This document shows positions 48,964-63,746 of a DNA stretch of 64,000 nt, piece after piece (the first letter of the stretch is position 1; every line of letters begins with the position of its first letter). This stretch comes from Ascidiella aspersa (Eukaryota): contig OZ004614.1 of the NCBI GenBank assembly GCA_963924565.1, positions 11,470,001 through 11,534,000 of the forward strand. Direction: 5' to 3'. The notes under the pieces were generated by a model that made no database searches, had not been told where the DNA came from, and worked only from the letters and a program-made list of their open reading frames with translations. Position numbers and translations under genes: made by a program.

Positions 48964-50103
48964 CGTGTTTGATGTGGCAGCGAGTTCACTTATTCGCTTT
49001 TAATGGGCGAAGTTCATTTCAAAGTTACGGCAAAGTAGGTTTTTAAATAAATATTTTATAAATATCTGTATAACAAAAAAGATGATGTTAAAGTTAGTCG
49101 CAAACACGCCTACAAAAAATAAGAATTTATTAATGCGACTTGTATAGCCCTTAACCCTTCCCAATGCTCAGTGCCTGGACTAAAATTTTCAACAAACAGA
49201 CCAGATCACGCAATAGCTGGTTAATCTCACTGGGTAAATGACTGGCGTATTAGGACGATTAGCATTGGAAATTATATACACCTTATATTTTTTTACAAAA
49301 AAAATCCAACTGACTGTCTGCGCTCTTTAAAACGGGGCTGAGATGCGCCTTAAAAGCATACGAACGGCAGCCGCCTTGCTTCCCTCAGACAGGCACCAGC
49401 TGCCCATCCGCGTGTCAACAATACAAGGGCCGCGGTAGAGCCGACCGGAGGGCACTTACAATAACGGGGGCCGGTAGCCTAACAACCGCCGATGCTGGTG
49501 AATGAATCACTTTTTTCACATGGCTTCTTCTAAAGGAACCAGACGCGAAAATCGCCTTTTCCGGGTTGGGTTGACCACGCCACAGCTCAAGAAACTACTG
49601 CGATTAAAACACGTAAATGTTTCCGGTTTACATTCTTGTCTACAACTGCCGCTTAAAAAACAAGTATAATGACCTACGATACTTTTGATACTTCGTACCT
49701 ACTGAGTGGGAAGACATTTATCAGCGCGACAATTTAAAGACGTAGACTTGGCGAAGTGCAGATAAGCAGTTGCTCGAGTCACCGTTGCACTGAAACTAAC
49801 AAAACAAAACAATGCAATTGAACATCTTTAACTCGTCTTGCGCAATTTTGACCTTGCTGTAGTGGCTGTTTCGAGCTCCTAATGACTCATGTCGTCTCGC
49901 TAGTACGTAAATGTACTACTTGCGTGTTGTTTACGGCTGCACTGCGGACTTCTTCTAGAAGAAAACAACACTACGCATCAACATGTGACACGAATTTGCG
50001 AAATCGGCAAACTGATTCGCTTTCGTAAATATTTCCATTTAAACTACTTGGTTTGGCAGGTTTTTCCAGCCAAACCAGATCGCAGCCACATTTTGTTGCA
50101 TAC

Positions 50104-50275
50104 CTTATCACTCTCCCTCCTGTAGCAACTGGAATGTCGTGTAAGAATCGAACAAACACGACGAACCGCGTGGTCCAAGAGAGAGAAGGTCGTACCAAGC
50201 CCGACACCGGTTGTCGTAACGGACACCGCACGCTAATGAAATAGAGAGAGAGGCTGGCGCTCGAAACGGATTGGC
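50104..50275 (-). promoter_or_regulatory. Candidate Pim promoter and non-coding first exon
   Basis: Strong donor GATAAG|GTATGC at 50104/50103; CCAATC at 50273-50268; matching acceptor ttttttgttatacag| at 49066, about 100 nt upstream of the ATG. Inference only, no transcript data. Confidence 0.4.
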
Positions 50276-53200
50276 CGACCGTTTCACTGCTTCCATCTCA
50301 ATACCGATCGGCGTCGTTGGGCTTACAGCCGCTTTCAATTCGCCCTACGAGCGCAGTTTTTGTTCGCTTGTCGATCGGCCTTCAGGGAAAGCGGAAAACG
50401 CGACGTTGCACTTTCACGCAAAACAGGACACGGGCGTCAGTTTGTTGGTGAAAATATTGCTGATAGCGAGATTTTCAAAGGTTGCTTTTAGCGTGCCCTC
50501 CTAACTAAATTCGTCGTTTTCCGAATTTCCGGTTACGCGATGCCTGCATACCATCGTCGCTGTCAGGTGCGACTGCTGCTCTGACAAAACAATTCGATCC
50601 ACCTTAAAACAACCACCGCCCACTTATGACCGGGACCGCTCAGCGGCGGTAAACAACTAGTCATAGGCTTGCGATATTATTTGTGCCGATATCACGATAA
50701 GTGATGCTGACCAAAACGAACCAACTGACAAATGAGGAGTCATAACGTACATTTACTACTTTGGCCGGAAAACGCGCCCAGCCCTTTCGCTTTGCAAAGA
50801 TATTTCATTTATGTAAGGCCACACGAGAAGCATAGGGGCCTTGCCCTTGCCACACCTATTTCTTTCAACTCTGCAAGTAAGTTTTGCGGGGTCGGTTGGT
50901 GGGTTGCGCCAGCGTTGCGCGGGTCGCCTATGACACAAAGTTATTTACCTGTGGCCTGCCCAGTGCCCACGTTAGCCGTGTCCGAGTCACAATAAATACG
51001 AAGCAAGTAAACAACAGCTGACGGCATTCGCGTGCACTTTTATGCGCAGAAAAGACCCGAGAGCTCGGATGCCTCACCTGGGACCACACCACGCGGTGAG
51101 ACGGCATATAACAACAAGCAAGCGGAAACACCAAACCCTCTTAACTGTATTGGCTTAAAACAATACACAATGGGGTCGACACAAGGACTGACATAGCGCC
51201 GGATACAACACTGATTACTACATGTCTGTTTTAAAAACTATTCACGCCTAAAATACAAGAAACGCTGGTTTGCTAAGGGCCGCTCTAAAACTGGGACATA
51301 AAGAGAGATCGAAAACAAAAGCAGCAACTAGCGTCACTCTCTGGGCGGTTATTTGCATCTACGTCTCTGTACGCCGTCCCTTTACAAATTTCCATCTGCG
51401 TGACAACTGCACGCAACAAAGACATCGAGAGCGCAGAGACGGCTAACAACTCCCAGCGAAAGCGACGCCACTTGCGGCAAAACGCTTTTAACTGCGGGGT
51501 TTCCCAGTGACCGAAAACACCAACAAGCTTACGGCGTACAATGGATTAAAAGAGCAAGTTTGCACACCCATCTTAACGGAACCTATCTGTTTCTGATAAC
51601 TATTACGTGTCGACCGCTTAACTTTGCGATAGTGGGTTGAATAAACCCTGATTATCTGTCCATTCCAAGTTACAGAACGTCCTGGAATATTTTAAGTTTG
51701 AGCAACACAAATATTCCAACGAGCTTGGTATATGAAACTGACCTTGAAAAAACAACGGGTTCACCGCCTTTAACTCAAACACCTAACAAAACTGTCGCTA
51801 CAGCTCAGAAAATTAAAACCAAGCCTTTAGTTTAAAAGCTGTTGAATACTACTGGTCTCATTGAACATATAGTCACTAATAAAAACAACACTCTTGACAC
51901 AAATTTTGCAACTGCCTAAAACTTCGACTTTAAACTGAGTAAAGTATACAGCAAACAATCGCTCTCTCTTACGCCCGGGCTAAAAATGCCAACTGGCTGA
52001 CAGCAATTGCACGCACGCAGAGCAAACGAGCGTCCCCGTCAGTCAGTCACACGAGCGCCTGTGTGATGAAACGTCTGTCGGCCGGGCGTCCTTCCTCTAG
52101 CAGCGTCAGGCCAGACTGACTGGCGAAACCCGATCGACGCCCGCTTCTAAACACCAGAGCCCGGCTCGCACAAAGCAGATTAGAAAGCGCAGCGACGACG
52201 CTGGGACGGCCGCTAGCTGCCTGGCTGTGGTCGTTGGTACGGCCGACTCCGACTGCGCTCAGTGCCTCTTTATTTCCCCACAGTTCGGAGAGGTCTCGCA
52301 GGTCGCGCGTTCGTTGGAACTACTGCTGTTGTTGGCAGGCGACCGGCACCGCCACCGGTGGCTGCTGGCCTTTTACGTGCGACAGACGGTTACCAACGAC
52401 GCTTTCGACAGGCCTCGTCGCCCAGTTGAAGCGCGATGCTTGCGGACGCCTCGACGTTTGGAAAATCAATTCCTGCCGTCTTCAAGGGTGCCCTTTCCAA
52501 CAATGTACACTTGCCAGACAATCGACCAAGCTTGACGATATAGTTGTTTGTCGGGCGGGCTTTCGAACTTGTGATTCGTTTCAGGAGTCAAACAAAACAA
52601 TTTACAATTGATTCTCCGGCTTTTAAATAAACAAATTAAAGCGTAGATTTGACAATCTGTTCAAATACAACAATTTAGCCGTGTAACAAAAGCATGTTTT
52701 TTCGGTTTGATATTAACAAGCCTGAAATGTGCCACGTTAGACTTTCACGAAATCTCGTAACAGGCTAATCGCAATAACAAAAGATGTCACAGCCAAAACT
52801 TGTTTTCGCCCTCTGCGCGCTACGACCGGTTACCGTCGCCGAATCTTCTGTTTGACTGCTTTAAGCCAGACCAGGAAGTCGACATCTCATCACCGATGCT
52901 GCTGCTGCTGCTGTAGCTCTTGCTTTCGCTGTTGCTGCTACTGCCAAGGTTGACGCTGGAATCGATGACAGGCCTAGCCTCGGTCAAACCGAAAATGACC
53001 TCTGGTGCGGACTGAACGTTAATCTATAGATATCGACAAAGCATCAAGCCCGCAAAAACCTTTAAGCTTTGTAAAAAAAGATGACAAACACTGTGTTGTG
53101 GGTTATTGTAATACAAACATCTGACCAATCATGTTTAGTGACTTATTACTGCCATGGAGCTGTGGTAGAGGCTTATTAAAAAAGTAACTTCGCGAATCAG

Positions 53201-56200
53201 CAGCAGCATTGTTGTTACGACTGGTATGCTCCCTTCACATCACAGGACAAGTCGGTGACCTAATGCTGGGAATTATCACAGGCGCGCGACGGTTGGAGCC
53301 GATGCGAGAGCCGACGCCAACTGTATTTGACACTCGGCCGAGACGCGAAACCTTTCAAAGCTTTGGTTTGCACGAATCCTGACGCCCAGCTGCCGTCGCA
53401 TGCACAGCAAGAACACGTTCGGACGGCGGCGAACAGCAAAGCGCGATAAGCCCCCTCCCCCTATGAAACTTCGAGCACGACGACTGCCTTTTAAATATCA
53501 CCGGGTGTCACGTTTGCAGTTGCCCTGCCATTTGTGCGGTGGCACCCGACCAACGCGAAGCAATTAGGACATCGGTGTGCTAAACACACAGCAGCTTAAA
53601 CAACAACGTTTGCTTTTGCCTTATCTAGAAGACCGTATACCGTGGAAAACTTTCCAACGCATGATATAAAAAAGATGACAAAATGCACGCAGCTTTCGGG
53701 CTGTCGTTTGTCTTTTGTGAAAGGGTTAAACCAGGAAACCACAGCCATTGGCAGCAAGATACGGCTTAAACATCCTGCCATATATAGTCGCATAATATCG
53801 CCGATGCAGGATGCCGTCTGGCAGTGGCATTCTTCGCCGGGTCGACACGGTTCCCACTCCAGCGTTCAGCAGCAACCAGCTGTTTAAGATGAGGAAGGGC
53901 GCCTTGCAGGAGCTACAAGCGGGGCTAATGGCTTCTAGCTGCTGGGTGCCGGGTAGCGCGATAGGTCTGCGATAGGAACGATTGGCGCCTCTATCACGAC
54001 CGCGATTGTATTATTTGTCAAACCCCTGCCATTGTTGCTAGACGCCCGGACGGGATAGCGTGAAATTCGTAAGCTGAGCGCGAATCTGGGAGTGAAAGGT
54101 TGTGAGGGAAGTAAATCGAGACGGCGTGACTTTCAGGCGATTTAAAAAACAACCTTTGGTGGCATCCTTACAGGATCAAGGTAAAATTCGATCGCAGATT
54201 GCATAGAGTGAAATGTCACTGATCAACTATGGAAAATAACACTTCCTACAATCGTAACCTGAACTCTTGGGGCAAAATAACAAGCGCCAAAGATTCTACA
54301 GACTGGCATGGTTTAGGGGTAGTTACGGCGTATGAGGTTGGCCTTCAATTAGGCGTGAAGGTTTCGCATAGAAACGAGGTCGCAAGTGGGGCGAACTAAA
54401 GGCGAAACGGACGTGTATAAGTTGATAGTTGCCGTAGTCGCAAACACAACCTGATTAACTGGGCTGTCACAACATTAAACATCGGCCTTTGGGAACAATC
54501 ACCCATTTATTACAACAGGGATAACAGCTGAACCCACCCTGTAGTGACAAAGTGCGCGGAAATTGTCGGGATTCATGTATAGAGACTTGCACAGCTAAGA
54601 AATATACATTTGGGTGACCACATAAAATTAGCAAATGCACTGTATGGCCATTCAATTGTATAGTACAATAAAAAATAATTATGTAAAATTTGGAAAGTTT
54701 ATATCACGAAGCCATGAACATATATTGTCACAATTGTTAAGAAATATAATAATTTAAAGTTAACTTTGTGGGAAGTTTACTTTTGTCGCAGTGAAAAGCA
54801 TCCGCATATCTCTTTATTAATGTAATCTGTTTGGTTGTGCAACGCTTGCACTGCAATTCAGTTATATCACGATTTTCGGGTAACAGGTCGAACGCTATAG
54901 GACACTGACTTTGCCAATCAAGCGGTAATTAAAGAAATCGAAGCAAATTATTTCGTGCACTGACTTGGATTTAAAATTGCATTTTTTTGGATGTGTTTCA
55001 TACGCGGTAATTCATGTCTTCATGTAATCTTACGAAGGATTTTTAAAATATCTGTTTTTGTACCTTGCAGATCTGCAATACAAATGAACAACTAGTAAAC
55101 TCTTATCCCTTTTCTCTCAATTAAAATAAAACGAGACTAAAATAGTGCTTATAACAAAAATTATTCATATTTCATTTTTTAAGGTGTAACATTAGACACC
55201 TTAACATTTGACATGCATGACAATTTGTTTCCATTTTCTCTGTGCACAAATCTGCTTCTTTTTATGAGGACTTTGAAAACCCTCAGGCGCAAATTCACAA
55301 AACAAACTACGAAAAAACAAATGTCCAAATAAAGCGTCAACTTTTTACGAAACACATTCACTTGCTCACTAAACTGAAGCTGTTTGAAGGCGCCCGAACC
55401 TCGCACCCTCAGAAAGTGCGCGGAATTCCAACAAGTCTAGCACATTCGGGTTATCAGCACTGCGTCTGGTACAATTAGCGCAAAGTGGCCGCAAGCCTAT
55501 GGCGTAGCTATGGCGATTATCAATTAAATAACGCGCTCGATTTAACGGTAGGCTCAAACCGCCACACTTCACAATGGCTATTTACAATTTCTTTGTGCTT
55601 TAAGTGAGCTTGATTTCAAATGTACAGGTAAATGTGTGGAAGTTCGAAATAAAATTATCAGAGTATTTCACGCGGCGTTGACACCAACGACCTTATGAAC
55701 AGCATTTTTGATTTAAATTAGCATAATAAGGAATGAAACAAGATAAGAGACTGTCCGCTAACAATTAGGTTTAACATCGAGCAGGATAATCACCTTATAG
55801 CAACACTTTTGGTACGATATACTTGCACAATGCAAGCAACAAACCAGCTATATTAGACACCACAGCTGTGTTTATTGCTGGTTACAGAACTAAGCCAATA
55901 GTCACACAGGAAATGACAAAACACGAACGGTTTATCAACACATTATAAAGAACGTTTTCAGATGCATTTTATTCAACCAAAAGTAATTTAAAACTGGCCA
56001 AACCAACAACTAAAAGCTCGGGTAGCGGCAGAGGTGTCTTTCGTGTCGGCTAGCGGTAGAAAACGTTTGTTGTTCAGCGTTCAGTCCATTCGCGCACGGG
56101 AAACGACTGTACAAATCACAACATGATAACAAACCCTCGGCTGAGGCGGCCCTCGACCAGTTAAAGGCAACAAGTCGTGTTTACGTTTACGCCGACCTGT

Positions 56201-57440
56201 AAACAATCTGCGTCGTCCGAACGAGCGTGACGTCACGGTTCACGTCACGATCAAGGATGTTCGGGCGAAGTTGGTTTCAATTATTAGCGCGTTTCAGACT
56301 ACGGTTTTCTCCAATGACAGTTAAGCGTACGCTCAAACGTGATTTGGTGTTCGCAGAACGAGTTGACTTAATTGGTGCTAACTTATTTTATGTTCGATAA
56401 TTACCTCCAAAGTTGGAGGAAAAATTAAAGAAATGTACTTTTAAACATTACGTGGTTGTTTGGTACACAGCAGTGAATGAGAAAGGAAGAAATGATATGG
56501 CGCACAGGTATTCAGATTCCCCAAAGCAACGAAATTGATTTTATCCCTTCATCCGCCTATTTTGTAGTTCGGGTGCTGACCACGAACAAACTATAGCATA
56601 TTAGTTTTGTTTTGCGTTTTAATGCAACCGCTAGCAACACAAATGGGCGTCTGTAGCGAAATTCGTTATGTTGAAATGATCGGATTACGCTACCAAATCT
56701 GCAGTATATACAATCTTTTGACATCTTACAAAGATCTTGGCCCACAATTTTTTGGTTAGCAAAATAAAATATTTACAAACCGCGAATCAAACTATTACAT
56801 TTGAAAGAGTAAAAAAAACTTCGGAAAAAGGTTGTCTACCACTTCAAAGGTGATGCAGCGTGCGAATTGTCTCGTTACAAACACCGGGTTTGAGCATGCA
56901 TGGGTTGCAAAAGATAAACAATAGAGCGAGACAATTTCATCCTTGTCTGCTCGAGCAAGCTACCGCCTGCTTTTGTTTTAGTCGTTTGAAGTAATAACGA
57001 CACAACAACAAAAAACAACCGACAACGCTTGAAACGATTTTCGGTTGTGAGGAAACCCATCTCCATAGTTAAACTTCACGCAATGTTTTAAATGAAGTCG
57101 TTATTCCAACATTTAATAATATTGCGGTTGGACGGTACAACACATTCCCAAAGCGGCTTAAAAACACGCATTCAATTTCGAGAAGCATTGGTAAAGTTTA
57201 ATTTATGACAGATTATTGCTCACATCCTAAATAAAATACACATTTCTGGGGAATAGTAATCTTTATGAGAACTCAACTTTCTAATTTTAAATTACGTACG
57301 TCCACCGACCAACAATCCGTAAGATGCAGTTAAAACCCAAAAGACACAGGACATGACTCGGTGCGCGAAATTTAACGAACGTCGGTCGAAAATAGAGCGA
57401 AATCTTTTTCGCGAAGATTTGTCAAAGCCAACGAATCGGG

Positions 57441-57456
57441 CACGTCAGTGACGTCA
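57441..57456. promoter_or_regulatory. Tandem CRE/ATF sites upstream of Pim
   Basis: CACGTCA-G-TGACGTCA in a CpG-rich patch; similar doublets at 56228-56247 and 63413-63460. Confidence 0.4.
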
Positions 57457-57774
57457 CAGGCCGCCGCAGGTTTAGGCAAAAAGCAACTTTCGCACCGCGG
57501 CGCGAAAATTGCAGGGAGAAAGCCAACACAGCAGTATAGCGGCGGTTGGCTGCGATTCTCGGCCGAGCAAGGAAAGTGACTTTCTCCCCGTGTAGGTTAG
57601 CTGGAGGCGTAGTGACGTAACAAGAGGCTCGTCGCCTTGTTTTCATCGCGGATTGTGATGAGCTCGGTTGGAGGCTTGCTCGGCAGCGACCGGACAACAT
57701 GTTTTGGCGAGCAATTCACTGGAACCCGATTAAAGCGGAAGAACCTGCCCGCTGTCGCCAGCCTCTCATTGTTT

Positions 57775-58105
57775 GCAATAACTCAAGCTTAGTCAGAAAC
57801 CTGAGCAAGTTTCCCCCTCAAAAAAACATTTTTTGCGTGATTGGCCGCGCCGCTTGTCACGTGACGGTGATAAGCAACGGGGATTTTTAAGTTAAGTGAG
57901 GTAAAATTCACTTTGTGCGGGTAGGCAATAACTCAGGCTTGGTCACAAACCTGAACAAGTTTTCCCTTCAAAAAATTGTGGCGGTAAAATATTAAACTTA
58001 AATTTCCAAAATAATTTTGTTTTTGTTTACGGATATGCCACTTCACGGTAACAAGCAACGGGATTTCTGAGTTAAGTTAGGTAAAATTCCCTTTGGGCGA
58101 GTAGG
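57775..58105. repeat. Diverged tandem duplication of about 150 bp
   Basis: gcaataactca(a/g)gctt...aagcaacggg...gttaagt.aggtaaaattc.ctttg.gcg.gtagg occurs at 57775-57924 and 57925-58105; the middle part of the second copy is longer and diverged. Confidence 0.8.
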
Positions 58106-61100
58106 AAGAAGGAAGCAAGCCAGACATGGCATTTACAGTAAACTTCTATCAAAGCAGTAACTTATTTCATGTCAATCACCCCATTTCCATATAGTTCGCT
58201 TCCTAATGCTTTAAAACATGTAGGATTAAACATTAAATTTACGTACAGTAATAAAATATCGAATATTATCTGTACGAAACATCAACAATGTGGAAGATAT
58301 AGTAAACTTCACACCACAGGCTTTTCAGGAAATACGGAAAACGGCCGTCTGGGAGTTAAACAGATAAACTCGTAAACTAACTTTTAAAAGTCAGGATTGA
58401 CACGCTTACAGTCGATAGAACAACTGGTCTATTCTAAAACAAGAGGTCTTGAAATAATTTAAAATTTAAACACGAATATGCCATGATAAATATTTTTTGT
58501 AATTTCGTGTAGTTAAATAATAGTTAGCGGTTTGAGTTCTGGTAAACAATGATTGTGCATTATTCTATTTCAATGACATTTTCTGTGCGAACCATTTTCA
58601 GTGCGAACAGGGCATAATTTGTCAAATTAACAGTCACGTTTGCTATACTGCGATTCTCTACACTATAATGTAGCGTTACAGCCACAAAACACTTGCAGCA
58701 AATTTGAAATTCAACGATCGTGATATAGTCGAATCGTGATAGTTGCTGTGACAAGCGTTGTGATTTCTTTGAACTTGCTACTGCTGAAGTACTTAAAAAG
58801 GCGAAAAATTACGAACTCTTCCAATCCTTGGGACTGTTTAATTGACTTTTGGCAGCGCACAGAAACTCTCGCTTAACAGGTTTACGTATCTTTAAAGAAA
58901 ACGTTTAGTTTACCAAGTTCCGGCTTCAAAACGAGGCGGCTGCTGCAGTCGTCAATCGATTCATGAAAGAAAAAACGTCCTTTGATAATGGGGAATTTCA
59001 AGCCGCCGATGTTAAGATGGGCGCGCGGCAGCACGAAGTTTGCGGGCAAGCTGAAAAGAACGATGCGAAACGCTCGGAATTTTTTGCATTTATGCGTTCG
59101 GTTTCGCAGCGCTTTATACGTGACCAAGCAGAGTTTTGGACTATCCTCTAAAAGGCCTAAAGGCGTTTTCTAAAATTTTAAATTAAACAAGAAAAGGAGA
59201 TAAAACACCACTTAAAAATGTTTCAAAATTTCGTAGTTTTGCTACAAGTTTAGAAACGGTGCGTTTTATATTGGCCTAATATGACTGCTCATTTAAAACA
59301 ATATTTATTATAATAAAGGTGAAAACACTTTCCATCGTAATATGCAAGCGCACACATTTAATTTCGACCCACAGAAAGCCTGCAACCTAAAAGCCGTTCC
59401 TATTGTGTGTTTTCGTGATGCGTTGCCGTTGCGCTACCATTCACACAAACCCCTATTTGGTTTTCCGTTTTCCCAGGCCTTTTCCCGTTTCAGTGTAAAT
59501 AACTTTGGTGCATTTTAACGCGTACATCCGCCATGAAGTGACGAAAAACGGCTTGCGCATGACGTTTCCGGCCAAAACAGACATTTCGTCATTTCCGTCC
59601 AAGGCAGTCGGTGAACCTAAAACGTGAACGTGGATGCAGCTAGATTGTTATGATTAATCCTAAAACAAACGGGTGGAAACAGCTTGCTTTCGGGTTTGTG
59701 TTTCTTTTTGGTATACGTAAACAGGTGAAACTCATCTAGTCCAAAACCATCCCTGAAGTCCGCTTCAAACTTGTTGCGTCATTGCAGCGGGTTAATCGAT
59801 ACTTCGATACCTTGGACTGAAGTGCTATTTTTATGGATTGAAAGATCCTGTGGCAAGCCTTTGTGCTACGTGACCTTGGGTGATTCGACTTTATATAGAC
59901 TTTGGCGCATTAACGAACCCACGAATGAGTAAGTGGGTCTAAGGCTTAGAGGAGTTACCTTATTTGTGGGCACTTGATCAAGCTTAATAGACTAACAATG
60001 CAACAATATGACGCGAAACAGTGATTTCTTACACGCCAGCAGGTGTTAGTTCATGGAATTGTGTTTTTTGATTTTGCGCTGTTTTTTGGCATCGTCGTCT
60101 GATCTTTTATCTTCAGAAGCAAATAAACAACACTATTTGTGATATAATCACAAGCTTCTTTCTCTGTGTTAAAGTTTAGTAACAGTAAGCACAGGTTTGT
60201 AATGTAATAAAAACCTCTTACTTGAGTTTAATGTAAATTGATCAAAGGGTAAACATTATACAGTATATTTATTGTAGTATTGTTTTTTCGGCTTTGTTTC
60301 ACTATATGGCAATAAAACGCGATGTAAAAAAATAAAATGGATTTTGCGAAATTGGCATGCAAAGTAGCAATCGCAGTGCATAAAAATTAAAACGAAGAGT
60401 CGAAAAAAGATACTGCTTGACAAGTAGACTGTATCCATGTATCCCGAAGTGCTGATCGATTAGCGGTAGACTCTGTAACGTGTGATGAAGGCTCTACAAA
60501 GGTCTGAGAGTTTGATTCAGTTGGCGCCTGTTAAGATTGACCCCGGAACCTTTCCTATAGAAGGCCTGTTGTCCCCACACTGGGTTAAGATGCCCTCGCG
60601 TAACGTGATAGCGGTGAGTCTACTCTACTATGTAGCTTTCGTCTGGATTAAACGCCACGAAAGGTAAAGTGTGCGGGTTACCAGTTACGAGTGGAACTTC
60701 TTGCAAAACACAATTGAATCGCCGTCGCAGTCGGCACAAATTCCCACAGGCGTAAGTTCCAAGGCAGGTGCTGAATATTGTGGCTCTTTGTAGATTCATT
60801 CAAGAGGGCGGGAAAAAGGAACGGCAGCCGTTTCGACCGCCAAACCTCCTTAGCAGACCGGTTGGGGCGAAAAACAATTCAGCTTTGTGGCAAACAGATG
60901 ACAAGTGAACTTTTCGAGTTCAACACAAACGGTCGTGTGCAGCAGTACTTATAAGGTCGCAATCGAACGCGCAGTGACAGCGCACAATCAGTATATTGGC
61001 GCAAACGCCAGTTCCGAGCTGTATGACGAAACGTGGCACCATGCGTACGAGAATCGTGCTGGCGCGCAGAAGGGGTTATTGTAACTGATGGGGCACGCTG

Positions 61101-63746
61101 GCCCACATTTCTTGGTCAATCCGACCCCTTTGTTTTAACCACTTGTTTTGCAAGGAATCTGTAACATGATTTTCGATTAATATGGCACAAGAACTTGTCG
61201 ACGACTCCTTAAGTTGCTATATGTCGTGTTTATAGAAAGAAGGTTTTCACAAATTAGTAAGTAAATCAGCCGAAAAGAGACATAATAAACAGCCAAGCGG
61301 TATATTCGCTGTGACATTGCACTTTTCACGAACGTGATTGTACAGCAGATTTCCACAAAGAATCGTTTTCTTTTTTGGTGCCTAAAGTCATACACACTTG
61401 ATTAATGGCGACAAAATGTCACATTGAATCACATATTTTAAGCACGAAACCTTTTTTTTTTCGCACTAATTTCGTGAACAATAAAATTAAGACCATTAGG
61501 CTATTACAAGAAGGGTTACATCAGTTTGACCACAGCTTGTGCGCCTTCGAGGAAAATCCTTTAGAGAGAACGACCGGTTTCCAGCAAGCCACCAGGGAGA
61601 CGAGCCTAATAAATATTTTAACTGGCTATTCGGTCACCAATCGTGGAAGACGCGGTAAAGCAACGAAATAACAACAACAACAACAGAAGCAGCAACAACA
61701 ACAATTTAAACCTTTCGCCCAGCGCACGCGCAATTGACCAATAACAAATGGGCTGTCACGAGCAAGCGCGACAAACAGATTGGAAGTGGGGACAAAGCCA
61801 GCCCTCGGTCTACCCGCCAGCCATATACAGCGCTGCAAAAACGTAACAAAGAAAGCGCGAGCGCCCTTGATTGGAAAACAGCACGAAGTAAAGCCAGTTC
61901 GAGGCCACGACGCTGATGCCAAAACACAAGGGGCTAATTTTCATACTGGATAAGCCGTGGTTGGGCGCAAAACTATTTATATGGTCGCGGGGAGCGTAGG
62001 TTGATGTAATAACCAGGATTGGCTCGCTTGTTTTTCTAAATACAATTATAACATTTTTTACTAAATTCTAAAACAGCATTGTGTTAATGACAAACTTTCC
62101 CCTAATTATAACGACATAGTAAATCTAAAATCTGTACATTAAAATGTTAGCAATATTTCCGTATTACATCCATTTTCATATGGAAACACTCTGTACAAAA
62201 GGTAGCTTTGTGTGTCAGTCACTGAACAAATCCCGCTTAACAATGAAAATAATTAAGATTTTGTTTCTGCAAACACCGTCAACAAACGGTCCTTATTATT
62301 ATCGATACGTAAAATGTTTGATGGACATTTTTGCGATAAGGCAGTCCATTGTGACGTCGAACATATTTGTGACGCAATATGGGGGTAAACAAGAGAACAG
62401 ATAGTGCTTCACGGATGGCTATCGTCAGCAACTCGAATGTGACATGTTGCCAACTATTCGAAAGCCCTGGAAAACATTGCAAACTTAAAACAAGCTGGCG
62501 TGTAGCATCATAAACCAAAGTACCGGCTCGTGAGCCATTGTTGGACGCGCTATGACATTCAGGAAACAATTTAAAGGTACACACACACAAAGGCAACACT
62601 GTTTGGATAGTCAAATTGACTTTTGTAGAGATACAGTATCTTATTATTATTATTACCAAATTCATGCAAAGTGGTAAAAAGCCGCGGTTGGACGAAATGA
62701 ACTTATACCAACATACGACACGGGTGTGTTGCAATGTTCGATCGCAATACCTAAATCCAGTTATTTCAACACCGGTGCTTTGAATTGTACTATAGATGCC
62801 GAAATCAGCTACAGTGGCTCAATAGCGCACTACGGTTGCTTTGCTTTTGTAGTTAAGGCCTTCTTTGGCTTGTTGGTGCGTGGGAGTTTTGTGTGACAGG
62901 CGAATGTTTAATGTTTATATACCCTGTTTCGACTTCTGTATTTCGGAAAATCCCACCAGGAATATGTTGGTCGAAAGAAATACCATAGTTCTTGTGGTGG
63001 AATGCGGCGTTTCAGGAACGAAAAAGAGTATATATTTTCTATAGCTATAGGTTGTTTAAAGAGTTATCTGGTTTTATAAAAAAATCATTGTCAATAATAG
63101 AATTATTGTTGAGAGGCATGATATATTGCAACATTCGCTGTAAGTGATTACCTGTGTAAGGCGGGATATTTAACTTTCGCAGTTTAAGAATTATTATAAT
63201 TAATAATCATCGCTAATACAAACTATCGAATTATACACCACAGTTGGATTATTAAGTTAGCGGCAACAAGGTTTACATTACACCGATGTCACCACTGTTT
63301 CGTTGACATTTTGCAATACCAAAAATGCATACCAAAATCGCCGCGATGCACACGCACAAAAAACACCTCACAAAAAACAACAATACTAGCAAAAAGTTTT
63401 AGAACGCAGTTGTGACGTCACATCCCGATCGGCGGCGCCTGGTCTAAGTTGTGACGTAACAGAGGCTACGTTGGGCCGCAGCCGAACTCGTCCCGCACGA
63501 TGATTATGCCGTCACAATAGCGGTGCTACAAGCGTTTGTGGTGGTATTAATAGAATTCTGTTATGGGTTAGCTGGCGTACATCTGCGTCTTGCTCAGAGG
63601 TCATGTGGCATTGTTACGACGTTGATAAAACACGCGATGAATCGCAGACAGGACGTCATTGCGCGTCACATGCTTAAAAAATATGCCACATTAGTCAAAA
63701 TTGAATTCGTTGCAATAAGGCAACCCGTGGCCTGTAGTATTTAGGT

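Noticed and set aside
62144-62734. 151-aa and 86-aa ORFs upstream of Pim
   Set aside because: Non-canonical or weak starts, random-looking composition, no exon chain.
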